Source: an uncultured delta proteobacterium (GTDB lineage Bacteria > Myxococcota > Myxococcia > Myxococcales > Anaeromyxobacteraceae). Taken from it: a stretch of DNA of 64,000 nt. Where the stretch lies: positions 96,001-160,000 of the forward strand of contig CAVYBH010000012.1 of assembly GCA_963766715.1 (NCBI GenBank), read 5' to 3'. A model generated the notes under the pieces. The model had not been told where the DNA came from. It did not search any database and saw nothing but the letters and a program-made list of their open reading frames with translations. Shown piece by piece: positions 1 through 9,382 of this stretch (positions are counted from its first letter, which is position 1; each line of letters starts with the position of its first letter). The position numbers and the translations under genes are program-made.

Positions 1-474
1 CTGGAGAACCAGGAAGCGGGCGTCACCGACGACCACGGCGACCTGCTCGTCCCGTCCCTGCTCGCCCGCTACGCGAACCGGCTCTCGATCCGCGCCTCCG
101 ACATCCCGATGGAGTACGAGGTCGGCAAGGTGGAGCGGATCGTGGCCCCGATGCGCAAGGGCGGGATGGTGGTCCGCTTCGACGTCTCGCCGGTCCGCGC
201 CGTTCTGGGGCGCCTGCGACTGGACGGGGACGGGGGGCGGGCGCCCGGTGGCGGCGAGCTGGTGGTCGTGCAGGACGGACAGGAGCTCCGGACCGCCACC
301 TCGTCGGACGGCCGGTTCTTCCTCGAGGGCGCGAGGCCGGGACGCCACGCGGCCGAGGTCGTCTGGCGCGGCGGGAGATGCCAGGCCACGCTGGTGGTGC
401 CGGAGACGCCAGGGGTCCAGGACATCGGCGAGACCCGATGCGACGCCGGAGAGCGCGTGGCCTCGGCCCGCTGA
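1..474 (+). CDS. Fimbrial (chaperone-usher, Csu-type) outer-membrane usher, C-terminal fragment
   Basis: Frame is open from base 1: LENQEAGVTDDHGDLLVPSLLARYANRLSIRASDIP...SDGRFFLEG...GGRC...IGETRC, typical of usher C-terminal domains with a terminal Cys pair; truncated by the window edge. Confidence 0.8.
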   Translation: MENQEAGVTDDHGDLLVPSLLARYANRLSIRASDIPMEYEVGKVERIVAPMRKGGMVVRFDVSPVRAVLGRLRLDGDGGRAPGGGELVVVQDGQELRTATSSDGRFFLEGARPGRHAAEVVWRGGRCQATLVVPETPGVQDIGETRCDAGERVASAR

Positions 475-475
475 G

Positions 476-781
476 TCAGCGCTCGACGATGGCCGTCGGC
501 GCACCGTCGGTGAGGACGGTGGCGAGCACCGGGATCCCGGCCCCGCCGGCGGTCCCGGCTGCCGCGACGGCGGCGGTGCAGGCGGCCGACCCGGGAGCGC
601 CGCAGGGAAGGGCCACGGAGCGTGCGGTCCCGACGAAGGAGGCCGGAAGCGCGGTACCCGGCTTGCGAAGCGGCGCCACGACCTGCACCGAGACGCTGAA
701 GGAGGCCCTCCGTCCCTCCGCGAGCGCGGCTGTGGTGAGGAGTCCCACCAGCACCGCGCATGTGAGGCGAAGGGCGACCAT
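476..781 (-). CDS. Small secreted hypothetical protein
   Basis: 101 aa ORF with signal peptide (..TAALA-EG), beta-strand ASFSVSVQVV and two Cys. Confidence 0.55.
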   Translation of the reverse strand: MVALRLTCAVLVGLLTTAALAEGRRASFSVSVQVVAPLRKPGTALPASFVGTARSVALPCGAPGSAACTAAVAAAGTAGGAGIPVLATVLTDGAPTAIVER

Positions 782-914
782 GGCTCCACCCTAGAGTGCA
801 CGCCGTGGGCCGGTACAGTCCCCCAGGAATGTGGCACGCTTGCGCGACCTGTCCGGGGGGTGCTCCGGCACCCGGAGGGGCTGCGCAGCGCCCCGGGGAG
901 GCTAGACTCCGGGG

Positions 915-1463
915 ATGATCCCTCCCGCTCTCGTCCTGGCCGCAGTTCTCTCCGCCGCCCCCGTTCCCGCCGCGGCTCCTCCCCCGGCCCCGGCCCCGGC
1001 CACGCCCGCCGATGCCTGGGCGCCCCTGCGATTCCTCCTGGGCACGTGGAAGACCGAGGCGGGCGGGGGCAAGCCGGGGGAGGCGGTGTCGGGAGGATTC
1101 ACCTTCGCGCTCGAGCTCGACGGCCGGGTCGCCGTCCGACGGAGCCGGTCGGAGTACGCGCCCCGGCCCGGCGAGACCGTGGGCGTGAGGCACGAGGACC
1201 TGACCGTCCTCTTCCGGGACGGGGACGGGCTCGGAGCCACCTACTGGGACAACGAGGGGCACGTGATCCGCTACGCGGTGCGGTCGGAGGGCGACACGGT
1301 CACCTTCGAGAGCGTCCCGGGCGTCCCCGGGCCGAGGTTCCGCCTGGTGTACGTGCGGCGCGGGAGCGACGGCGTGGAGGTGACCTTCTCGATCGCGCCA
1401 CCCGGCGGGGACTTCCAGCCTTACGTCTCCGGGCTGGCGCGGCGGGCCGGAAATCCATTATAA
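915..1463 (+). CDS. Secreted beta-barrel protein (nitrobindin/DUF1579-like)
   Basis: Signal peptide, Pro/Ala linker, WAPLRFLLGTWK motif followed by alternating beta strands. Confidence 0.55.
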   Translation: MIPPALVLAAVLSAAPVPAAAPPPAPAPATPADAWAPLRFLLGTWKTEAGGGKPGEAVSGGFTFALELDGRVAVRRSRSEYAPRPGETVGVRHEDLTVLFRDGDGLGATYWDNEGHVIRYAVRSEGDTVTFESVPGVPGPRFRLVYVRRGSDGVEVTFSIAPPGGDFQPYVSGLARRAGNPL

Positions 1464-1509
1464 CGGAACACCATCCTGTTGAACGGATACCCCCGCCCGG
1501 GAGAATCGA

Positions 1510-2322
1510 ATGTCGAATCGCCTCGCCGCCGCCGCAGTCCTCGCCCTGTCCCTGCTCGTCCCCGCCGTTCCCCGGGCCGCCGACCCCGTCGAGATCACGT
1601 TCGGCGTCTCCCCCGGCCCGTACGGGGACATGGTGAAGAAGGCCATCGCGCCGGCGCTCGAGAAGCGCGGGTACAAGGTCACCGTCAAGGAGTTCAGCGA
1701 CTACGTCCAGCCCAACCTCGCGCTGGCGAACGGCTCGATCCACGCCAACCTGTTCCAGCACAGCGTCTACCTGGCCAAGTTCTCGGCCGACAAGGGGCTG
1801 AAGCTCTCGCCCGTCCTGTCGGTTCCCACCGCCGGCGCCGGCCTCTACTCGCGAAGGGTGAAGTCGCTCGACCAGCTGAAGCCGGGCGACGAGCTGGTGG
1901 TGTCGAACGATCCCACCAACCTGGCCCGGCACCTCCGCTTCCTGCAGAAGGTCGGGCTCGTGAAGCTGCGCCCCGACGTCGACCCCGCCAAGGTCTCGGA
2001 GAAGGACATCGCCGAGAATCCGCGCCAGCTCCGCATCCGGCCCATCGAGGCGGCCCAGGCTCCCCGGGCCCTCGACAGCGTGGCGATCGTGGTGGTGAAC
2101 GGGAACTACGCGGTCGCCGCCGGCATCCCGCTCTCCACGGCCATCGTCACCGAGCAGCTCGACGAGACCCTGAAGAACGTCGTGGCCGTCCGGACCGAGG
2201 ACCTCGACCGGGCGCTGGGGAAGGACATCCGCGCGGTCCTCGAGTCGCCGGCCTTCCGGGCCGCCATCGACGACCCGGCCAGCCCGTTCAAGGACTTCCA
2301 GAAGCCGGCCTGGATGAAGTAG
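1510..2322 (+). CDS. metQ: MetQ/NlpA-family ABC transporter substrate-binding protein
   Basis: EFSDYVQPNLALANGSIHANLFQH, NDPTNLAR and VVNGNYA motifs; GGAG SD upstream. Confidence 0.92.
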   Translation: MSNRLAAAAVLALSLLVPAVPRAADPVEITFGVSPGPYGDMVKKAIAPALEKRGYKVTVKEFSDYVQPNLALANGSIHANLFQHSVYLAKFSADKGLKLSPVLSVPTAGAGLYSRRVKSLDQLKPGDELVVSNDPTNLARHLRFLQKVGLVKLRPDVDPAKVSEKDIAENPRQLRIRPIEAAQAPRALDSVAIVVVNGNYAVAAGIPLSTAIVTEQLDETLKNVVAVRTEDLDRALGKDIRAVLESPAFRAAIDDPASPFKDFQKPAWMK

Positions 2323-2333
2323 CGAAGGGGCGG

Positions 2334-3343
2334 ATGATCCAGCTCGAGCAGGTGTCGGTCCGGTTCGAGGGCCGGGGGCGGTCGGTCGAGGCCGTCCGCG
2401 ACGTCTCGCTGCGCGTCGGGCGGGGCGAGGTCTTCGGGATCGTCGGCAAGAGCGGCGCGGGCAAGAGCACGCTCGTGCGCACGGTCAACCTCCTGACGCG
2501 CCCGTCGCGCGGGACCGTCCGCATCGAAGGCGTCGACGTCACCGCCTTCGACGGCGAGGCGCTCCGCGAGGTCCGGCGCGGCATCGGGATGATCTTCCAG
2601 CACTTCAACCTGATGCACGCCCGGACCGCCGCCGAGAACGTGGCCTTCGCGCTCCGGGTGGCGGGGCGCCCCGCCGCGGAGATCGCGCGGCGGGTGCCCG
2701 AGCTCCTCTCGCGGGTCGGGCTGGACGGGGCACGGCGACGCCTACCCGGCGCAGCTCTCCGGCGGCCAGAAGCAGCGGGTGGGCATCGCCCGGGCGCTGG
2801 CCAACGACCCGGCCATCCTGCTCTGCGACGAGCCCACCTCGGCGCTCGACCTGGAGACCACCGCGTCGATCCTCGACCTGCTGCGGGACATCAACCGCGA
2901 GCGGGGGATCACGCTCGTGGTGATCACCCACGAGATGGAGGTCGTGAAGGCCATCTGCGACCGGGTGGCGGTGATGGACGGCGGGGCGGTGGTCGAGGAG
3001 GGCACGGTCTACGGGATCTTCGCGTCGCCCCGCCACGAGCTCACCCGCCAGCTGGTGGCGCGGACGCAGGCGCTCGAGCTCCCGGAGCGGCTCCTCGACG
3101 GCACCCACGGACGGATCGTGAAGATCACCTACCGCGGGAGAGCGGGCCGAGGAGCCCATCATCTCCGAGGCGTCCCGCCGCTTCGACGTCCGGCTCAACA
3201 TCCTCCACGGCCGCATCGAGTACGTCGGAGGGCACGCCATCGGGCTGCTCGTCGCCGGGATCACCGGGCCTCCCGCCGAGGTCGAGAAGGCCACGGCCTA
3301 CCTCCGGGATCAGGCTGCCGGGCTCGAGGTCCTCCATGAGTGA
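2334..3343 (+). CDS. metN: Methionine ABC transporter ATP-binding subunit (2 apparent frameshifts, ~2730 and ~3140)
   Basis: Walker [37 protein letters not shown] and a C-terminal NIL-like domain spread over three frames. Confidence 0.9.
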
Positions 3344-4001
3344 CGCCAGCCGCGAGCTGCTCCAGGACCTGGCCAAGGCCTTCCTGGAGACCTTCCAGAT
3401 GGTCGGGATCTCCCTCTCCCTGGCGCTGGTCCTCGGGGTGCCGCTCGGGCTCGTGCTCTTCGTCACCGATCGGGGGCGATTCCTGGAGAGCCGGACCGCC
3501 AGCGCCGCCGGCGGGGCGGCGGTCAACGTGATCCGCTCGATCCCCTTCGTGATCCTCCTCGTCCTGGTGCTGCCCTTCACCCAGTGGATGCTGGGGACGA
3601 CCATCGGCCCGATCGCGGCCGCGGTGCCCCTGTCGATCGCCGCCATCGCCTTCTACGCGCGGCTGGTCCACGGGTCGCTCTGCGAGGTCGACCCGGGCGT
3701 GATCGAGGCGGCCACCGCGGCCGGGGCGACGCCGGGCCAGATCGTGCGCTGGGTGCTGCTCCCGGAGGCGATGCCGGGCCTGCTGCGGGGCCTCACCGTC
3801 ACCGCCATCAGCCTCATCGGCTTCTCGGCCATGGCCGGGATTGTCGGGGGCGGCGGGGTGGGGGACCTGGCCATCCGGTTCGGCTACTACCGCTACGAGA
3901 CGCGGGTGATGGTCGCGACGGTGGTCGTGCTCATCGTCCTCGTCCAGCTGGTCCAGGTGGCCGGCGACGCGGCGGCGCGGCGCGCCGATCACGGCGGCTG
4001 A
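3336..4001 (+). CDS. metI: Methionine ABC transporter permease
   Basis: [47 protein letters not shown]. Confidence 0.93.
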   Translation: MSDASRELLQDLAKAFLETFQMVGISLSLALVLGVPLGLVLFVTDRGRFLESRTASAAGGAAVNVIRSIPFVILLVLVLPFTQWMLGTTIGPIAAAVPLSIAAIAFYARLVHGSLCEVDPGVIEAATAAGATPGQIVRWVLLPEAMPGLLRGLTVTAISLIGFSAMAGIVGGGGVGDLAIRFGYYRYETRVMVATVVVLIVLVQLVQVAGDAAARRADHGG

Positions 4002-4015
4002 GCCCGCGCGCCCCG

Positions 4016-4399
4016 TCAGCGGGGGCGCACCAGCTCCCGCACCGACGCCACCAGTTGACGGTAGGTGAACGGCTTGAACAGGACCGGGGCCGGGAAGAGC
4101 GAGTCGCGGATGGCCGCCGGAGCCTGGGCCGTGACGAAGAGCACGGGCAGCGCGCCGTGCCCGTCCTGCCGGCGGATCTCCTCCGCCACGGCCGGGCCCT
4201 GGCCGTCCGGGAGCATCACGTCCATGACCACGGCGTCGGGGTCGATCTCCCTCGCCGACTCGAGCGCCTCCCGCCGGGAGCCGGCCGCGGCGACCAGGAA
4301 GCCGGCCTTGGTGAGGCCGCGGACGACGGCCTGGCGGAGCCCGGCGTCGTCCTCGACGAGCAGGACCAGCGGATCGGTGCGATGGAGCGTATGGAGCAC
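4016..4399 (-). CDS. Single-domain response regulator (CheY-like receiver)
   Basis: VLLVEDD, VVMDVMLPD, FVTA, FKPF; AGGAGG SD before the GTG start. Confidence 0.9.
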   Translation of the reverse strand: MLHTLHRTDPLVLLVEDDAGLRQAVVRGLTKAGFLVAAAGSRREALESAREIDPDAVVMDVMLPDGQGPAVAEEIRRQDGHGALPVLFVTAQAPAAIRDSLFPAPVLFKPFTYRQLVASVRELVRPR

Positions 4400-4445
4400 G
4401 GGTACCTCCTCGCCCCCGGCGTCGGCCGGGGACGGGACTCCAGGT

Positions 4446-4461
4446 AGCAATCGGCGTGCCC
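4446..4461 (-). promoter_or_regulatory. Sigma54 (-24/-12) promoter for the response regulator gene
   Basis: Minus strand reads GGGCACGCCGATTGCT against consensus TGGCACG-N4-TTGCW, about 47 bp upstream of the start codon. Confidence 0.75.
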
Positions 4462-4513
4462 CGGGGAGCGCCCTGTCGCGACGAGCACTTCCGCGGATGG
4501 CGGCGCAGCGGCC

Positions 4514-4557
4514 TGCCAATCTGTCAGGTGGCGCCTCCCCGGCGCGCCAATCTGGCA
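4514..4557. promoter_or_regulatory. Tandem dyad sites, candidate upstream activator sequence
   Basis: TGCCAATCTGTCA (4514-4526) and CGCCAATCTGGCA (4545-4557), 31 bp apart, upstream of the sigma54 site. Confidence 0.5.
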
Positions 4558-4616
4558 ATGGAGGGGTAAGGTTCTCCCTGCGTGGCCCCCACGACTCCCG
4601 GACGCGTGCGCGTGAG

Positions 4617-5403
4617 ATGGCCCCTCGGGTCGCCGTCGCCGGCGCCTCGCCCCGGTGCTGGCGGTCCTCGCGGCCGGCATGCTCGCCGGTTGCGCCACCG
4701 CCCGCGGCGGCGGTCCGGGAGACGCCCCGCCGGTGCCGGGCGTGCGGGCGATGGAGGGGAGTCCCGCCGGCGCCCTGCCGTACCGCCTCTGGCTGCCCGC
4801 GACGGCGACGGCGGACCGCCCGGCGCGCCTGCTCGTCTGGCTCCACCCCTCGACCGCGTCGATGAATTCCCAGGTGGAGGCCCTGGTCGCGGACCTCGCA
4901 GCGCGGGGCTTCGCGCTGCTGGTCCCGACCGAGAAGGACTTCTCGGGCTGGAGCCGGGAGGAGGTCCGCCAGCTCTTCGACGGGAACGCTCCCGATGGTC
5001 GCGCGGACGCCGGGACTGGATGCGGCGAGACCGGCCCTGCTGGGCTTCAGCGCGGGAGGGCAGATGGCGCTCCTGCTCTGGGTGCAGTTCCCCGGCGGCT
5101 TCTCCGGAATTGCGGTCGTCGGGGCCGAGCCGGTGGCCTTCGGCGCAGGGGGGGCCACGCGGGACCTCGAGCCCCCGCCGGGGGAGGGGGCCCGGACCAC
5201 GCCGCTCCTGGTGATGGAGGGAGGGCAGGAGCGGGGAGCCCGCATGTGGCAAGGCGTCCTCCAGCCCTGGCGCGACGCGGGCGTCCCGATTCGAGCTCCG
5301 GGTCGCGCCGGGTCGCGGGCACGAGTGGTTGCTCGCGCTCCCGGCCGAGCGCGAGGCCTTCCTGGGCTGGATTGAGAAGCTGCCTTCCCGGGGCGCACGA
5401 TAG
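4617..5403 (+). CDS. Alpha/beta-hydrolase (esterase) lipoprotein, frameshifted
   Basis: Lipobox LAGC, LLVWLH, nucleophile elbow GFSAGG and C-terminal GRGHEW across several frames; start is approximate. Confidence 0.75.
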
Positions 5404-5418
5404 AGGTACGCTTCGGCC

Positions 5419-6423
5419 ATGGCCGGCCCCACCGACACCCCCAAGCCCCCGATCGATCCCGGAGACGATCCGGACGAGCTCGCGCGAAACGCCACGCTCG
5501 ACGAGCTGCAGCGGATGAAGGCGGCCGAGGAGCTGCACCGCCTTCGCCACGACCGAAAGGCCCGGCGCTCGCGCCTCGCCATCGCCGGCCAGGTGCTGGT
5601 GGGCTGGGTGGCGCTGGCCGGCCTGGTGGTGAACGCCTACCAGTCGTACTCCAACAAGCAGCAGCAGGAGCACCGCGACCGGACCGAGCTGGAGAAGTGG
5701 AACAAGGAGTTCGCGCGCGCCAGCCAGGCCGACAAGTACCGGGCCTTCTTCGAGACCAGCATGCTGGCGACCGACTCGACGAACGCCGACAAGCGGCTGG
5801 TCGGCTACGCCCTGCTCCAGGAGTTCGTGCGCGATCCGATCTACGACGAGAAGGCGATGATCATGCTGGAGGAGTCCCTCTCGCAGGAGCTCCGGGCCGC
5901 GCCGACGGACAAGCTGGACGACGCCCGCCGGGCCGCGGTGCGGGCCATCCTCACCTCGCTCGCGGGCACCGAGGACTGCCGGGCGCTGCAGCGCGCCGCG
6001 CGCAGCGTGGACCGGGTGGCCCGGTACCACGCCCGGACCCGGGACGAGGGGGAGACCCGCGAGGTGATCGAGGTCTACGTGCGGCGGCTCGTCGGCCGCG
6101 CGGCGGTGGTCTGCGGGAGCCTGAAGGACTTCCGGGGGGTCCGGCTCCCCATCCGCGACACGATGCTGCGGAACCCCGAGCTGATTGGCCTGAACGATCC
6201 CACCGAGGCCGAGGCCAACCTCCTCATCGCCGCCATCCTCCGGCAGCGATGCGAGGAGGAGATGGCCTACTCCGGGGCCAGCGACTGCCCGGCGATCCTC
6301 CGCGCCTACGCCGCGCTGTGCGACAAGGGGGGAAGCGAGCCGGAGGACGAACGGCAGGCCTGCCAGGTCGTGCAGGAGGGCGCGGCGAAGCTCCCCGGCG
6401 CCGCGCCGAAGGGGACGCCATGA
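5419..6423 (+). CDS. Hypothetical single-TM membrane protein with a helical, Cys-containing domain
   Basis: 334 aa ORF with gene-like composition; TM segment LAIAGQVLVGWVALAGLVV; 6 Cys; stop overlaps the next start (ATGA). Confidence 0.75.
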   Translation: MAGPTDTPKPPIDPGDDPDELARNATLDELQRMKAAEELHRLRHDRKARRSRLAIAGQVLVGWVALAGLVVNAYQSYSNKQQQEHRDRTELEKWNKEFARASQADKYRAFFETSMLATDSTNADKRLVGYALLQEFVRDPIYDEKAMIMLEESLSQELRAAPTDKLDDARRAAVRAILTSLAGTEDCRALQRAARSVDRVARYHARTRDEGETREVIEVYVRRLVGRAAVVCGSLKDFRGVRLPIRDTMLRNPELIGLNDPTEAEANLLIAAILRQRCEEEMAYSGASDCPAILRAYAALCDKGGSEPEDERQACQVVQEGAAKLPGAAPKGTP

Positions 6424-6851
6424 AGGGATTCAAGGACGAGAAGGAGTTCCGCCGGGTCTTCGAGCGCATCTTCGAGCTCATGAACGAGACCCCCGCGGTG
6501 GGGAGGAAGCTGCGCGACGCGCGCGCCCCGCACCGCTTCCTCATCACCGACCTGGGACTCGAGTTCAACGTGAACGGCGCTCCCGAGTCCGACGAGGCGA
6601 AGGGGCGGTTCCTCCGCTGGACCTGGGGGAGGGCCGACTGGGAGCCCGTCGTCACCATGCGGATGACGAGCGAGGTCGCCAACCGGTTCTTCCAGGGGAA
6701 GGAGAACGTGCCGCTCGCGCTCGCCCTCGGCAAGGTGAAGCTCTCCGGGCCGCCGCTGACCCTGCTCCAGCTCGCGCCGGTCACGAATCCCGTCCACCCC
6801 GTCTACCGGGCCTGGCTGAAGCAGAGCGGCCTCGACCACCTCCTCGCCTAG
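6420..6851 (+). CDS. SCP2-like sterol/lipid carrier protein
   Basis: MKGFKDEKEF...PVVTMRMTSEVANRFFQGKENVPLALALGKVKLSG matches the SCP2 C-terminal pattern. Confidence 0.8.
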   Translation: MKGFKDEKEFRRVFERIFELMNETPAVGRKLRDARAPHRFLITDLGLEFNVNGAPESDEAKGRFLRWTWGRADWEPVVTMRMTSEVANRFFQGKENVPLALALGKVKLSGPPLTLLQLAPVTNPVHPVYRAWLKQSGLDHLLA

Positions 6852-6853
6852 CG

Positions 6854-8194
6854 ATGGCCTCCTTCCTCCGGAACGTCGACGCGTCGTGGCTGCGCATGGA
6901 CGACCCGTCGAACCTCATGGTCGTCACCGGCGTCCTGATCCTCGACGCCCCGGTCCCGGTCGAGCGGATCCGCGCGCTGCTCGAGCAGCGGATCGTGCGG
7001 TTCCGGCGCTTCACGAGCCGCGTCGTCCCCCGCCGGGTGGGGTGGGGCTGCCCTCCTGGGAACCCGACCCGGACTTCTCCCTCGACCGCCACCTGAGCGT
7101 GGTCCGGCTCGCACCGGGCGCCGGCGACCCGGCGCTCCAGGCCTTCGTGAGCGAGCAGCTCTCCGAGCCCTTCCCGGAGGGGCGGCCGCTCTGGAGCATG
7201 CACCTCGTCGAGCACTTCCGCGGGGGCTCCGCGCTCGTGGCCCGGATCCACCACTGCATCGGGGACGGGCTCGCGCTCGTCCACGTGCTGCTCTCGATGG
7301 CCGACGGCATGCCCGAGCCGGAGACGCGGCGCGGGCGCAGGGCCGCCTCCTGGGGCATCACCCTGGGCCGACGCGTGGTGAAGGGTGCGGCCTCGGTGCT
7401 CGAGCGGCCGGGGCGCATCGGCGACCTGGCCCGGCTCGCGTCCGCCAGCACCACCTCGCTGCTGGAGCCTGCTGGCGCTTCCCGGCGACCCGGCCACCTC
7501 GCTCAAGGGCACGCTCGGGGTGCGGAAGACGGCCGCCTGGTCGCGACCCTTCGAGGTCGCCGAGTTCAAGGCCATCGGCCGGGCCACCGGCTCCACGGTG
7601 AACGACGTGCTCATGGGCGCGCTCACCGGCGCGCTCCGCCGCTCGCTCCTCCGGCGGGGAGAGGTGCCTCCGGACCTCGAGGTGCGCGCCGTCGTTCCCG
7701 TGAACCTCCGGCGGCCGGAGGCGGCGGGCCGCCTGGGAAACCGGTTCGGCCTCGTGTTCCTGGCGCTCCCGGTGGGCATCGAGGACCCGCTCGACCGGCT
7801 CTTCGAGGTGCGGCGAAGGATGCGCGCGCTGAAGAGCTCTCCGCAGGCGCTGGCGGTGTACCAGGTGCTCTGGGCCATGGGCCTGGCCCCGAAGCCGGTC
7901 TTCGACCTGGCGCTGCGGATCTTCGCCTCGAAGGGCACCGCCGTCGTGACCAACGTCGTCGGGCCCCGGGAGCCGATCTCCATCGCCGGTGCGCCGCTGC
8001 GACAGGCCATGTTCTGGGTTCCGAGCGCCGGTCGGCTCGCCCTCGGCGTATCGCTGCTCAGCTATGCCGGGAAGGTCTGGATGGGGCTGCAGTGCGACGC
8101 GGCGATCGTTCCCGATCCCGCCGCCCTCCTCGACGGATTCGAGGAGGAGATCGCCGCGCTCCAGGCGGTGTGCCGGCAAGCAAACGTTGACTGA
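6854..8194 (+). CDS. Wax ester synthase / diacylglycerol acyltransferase (2 frameshifts, ~7040 and ~7465)
   Basis: DASWLRMD, RPLWSMHLVE, catalytic HHCIGDG (7249-7269), TVNDV, VPVNLR, LGNRF, TNVVGP, SYAG. Confidence 0.9.
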
Positions 8195-8293
8195 AATCGA
8201 GCGTTGACGAGATTTTCGTCCCGCCAACCGGGGACCGGGAGTTATCTCCGTGCGCCCCGGCCTGGGTGGGACCGGGGATCAAGGAGGAACACC

Positions 8294-9185
8294 ATGCAAC
8301 GTTCGTTCATCGCTTCCGCCGTCCTGTGCCTCGGCCTCGCCGCCTGCTCGAGCGGCGCGAGCAAGGGCGTCACCGTCAGCGCCTCGACCCAGACGGCCGC
8401 GGGCACCACGCCGCCAAAGGCCACCGCGACCTCCCTCGATGGTGGCAACGGCATCGTCATCACCCAGATCCAGATCGTGGTTCGCAAGTTCGAGGTCGAA
8501 GGGCCGGCCGGCCTGCACGACGGCGCCTGCCTCCGGCGCGCCGACCACGCCCCCGACCGGCACCGGCGGCATGGGCGCGACGCCCGCCGACGACCACGGG
8601 GGCTCGGGCGGCTCGGGTGGCTCGGGCGGGTCCGACGACGGCTCCGGCGACGGCGCGGGCAGCGACGACGGCGAATGCGAGATCGAGAGCGGTCCCTTCC
8701 TCGTCGACCTGTCCGGCGACGCCCTGACGGGTGGCGTCCACGCCGTGGCCGGAGTCGACGTCCCGGCGGGCACCTACGAGGAGCTGCGGTTCCAGATCGC
8801 TCCCATCACCGCGGCGCAGGCGGGAACCGACGCCGGCCTCGGCGCCATGGCCGCGGCGGGTGCGTCGATCCTGGTGAACGGCACGGACGGGACGACGCCG
8901 TTCCAGTTCAAGTCGGCGATCTCGGTCTCCCAGAAGCGCGAGGGCGCGATCGTCGTCGACTCGTCGGGGACGAACGTCACCCTCGACTTCGATCCCTCGG
9001 GGTGGTTCAAGGCCGCCGACGGCTCGAAGCTCGATCCGGCGAGCGCCGCCTCCGCGGCCGCCATCGAGGCCAACATCCGGGCCTCGGTCCGCGTCGTCCA
9101 CGACGACGACCACGACGGGGAGGACGACGACCACGGGGGCGGCGGCGGGGACGGCTCCGGCCACGACCTGAGCGTGGCACGCTGA
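8294..9185 (+). CDS. Lipoprotein (DUF4382-like) with Gly/Asp-rich linker and Asp/His-rich tail; frameshift ~8500
   Basis: AGGAGG SD, lipobox LAAC, GPFLVDL, VPAGTYEELRF, VTLDFDPSGWF. Confidence 0.7.
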
Positions 9186-9253
9186 CCGGAACCCGGGAGC
9201 CGGGAGGCGGCGCCCGCCTGGGCGCCGCCTGCCTTCGGTCTCTCCGGGAGAGC

Positions 9254-9329
9254 TGGTGACCCCACGCGGATTCGAACCGCGGTTGCAGCCTTGAAAGGGC
9301 CGAGTCCTGGGCCTCTAGACGATGGGGTC
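9254..9329 (-). tRNA. tRNA-Glu (anticodon TTC)
   Basis: Minus strand GACCCCATCGTCTAGAGGCCCAGGACTCGGCCCTTTCAAGGCTGCAACCGCGGTTCGAATCCGCGTGGGGTCACCA folds as a cloverleaf with T-loop GTTCGAATC and encoded CCA. Confidence 0.97.
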
Positions 9330-9338
9330 GGGGCGCGG

Positions 9339-9367
9339 AAATTAGCCGAGGTGCCTCGCCGAAGCAA
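9339..9367 (-). promoter_or_regulatory. Sigma70-like promoter of tRNA-Glu
   Basis: TTGCTT-N17-TAATTT followed by a GC-rich discriminator. Confidence 0.65.
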
Positions 9368-9382
9368 GACGTTGCGCGAGGA

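Noticed and set aside
832..846. TGGCACGCTTGC as a sigma54 promoter
   Set aside because: The GG-to-GC spacing does not fit the required GG-N10-GC
9254..9329. tRNA-Glu as the integration site of an island covering 1-9250
   Set aside because: No integrase, and no duplicated tRNA 3' end seen in the window
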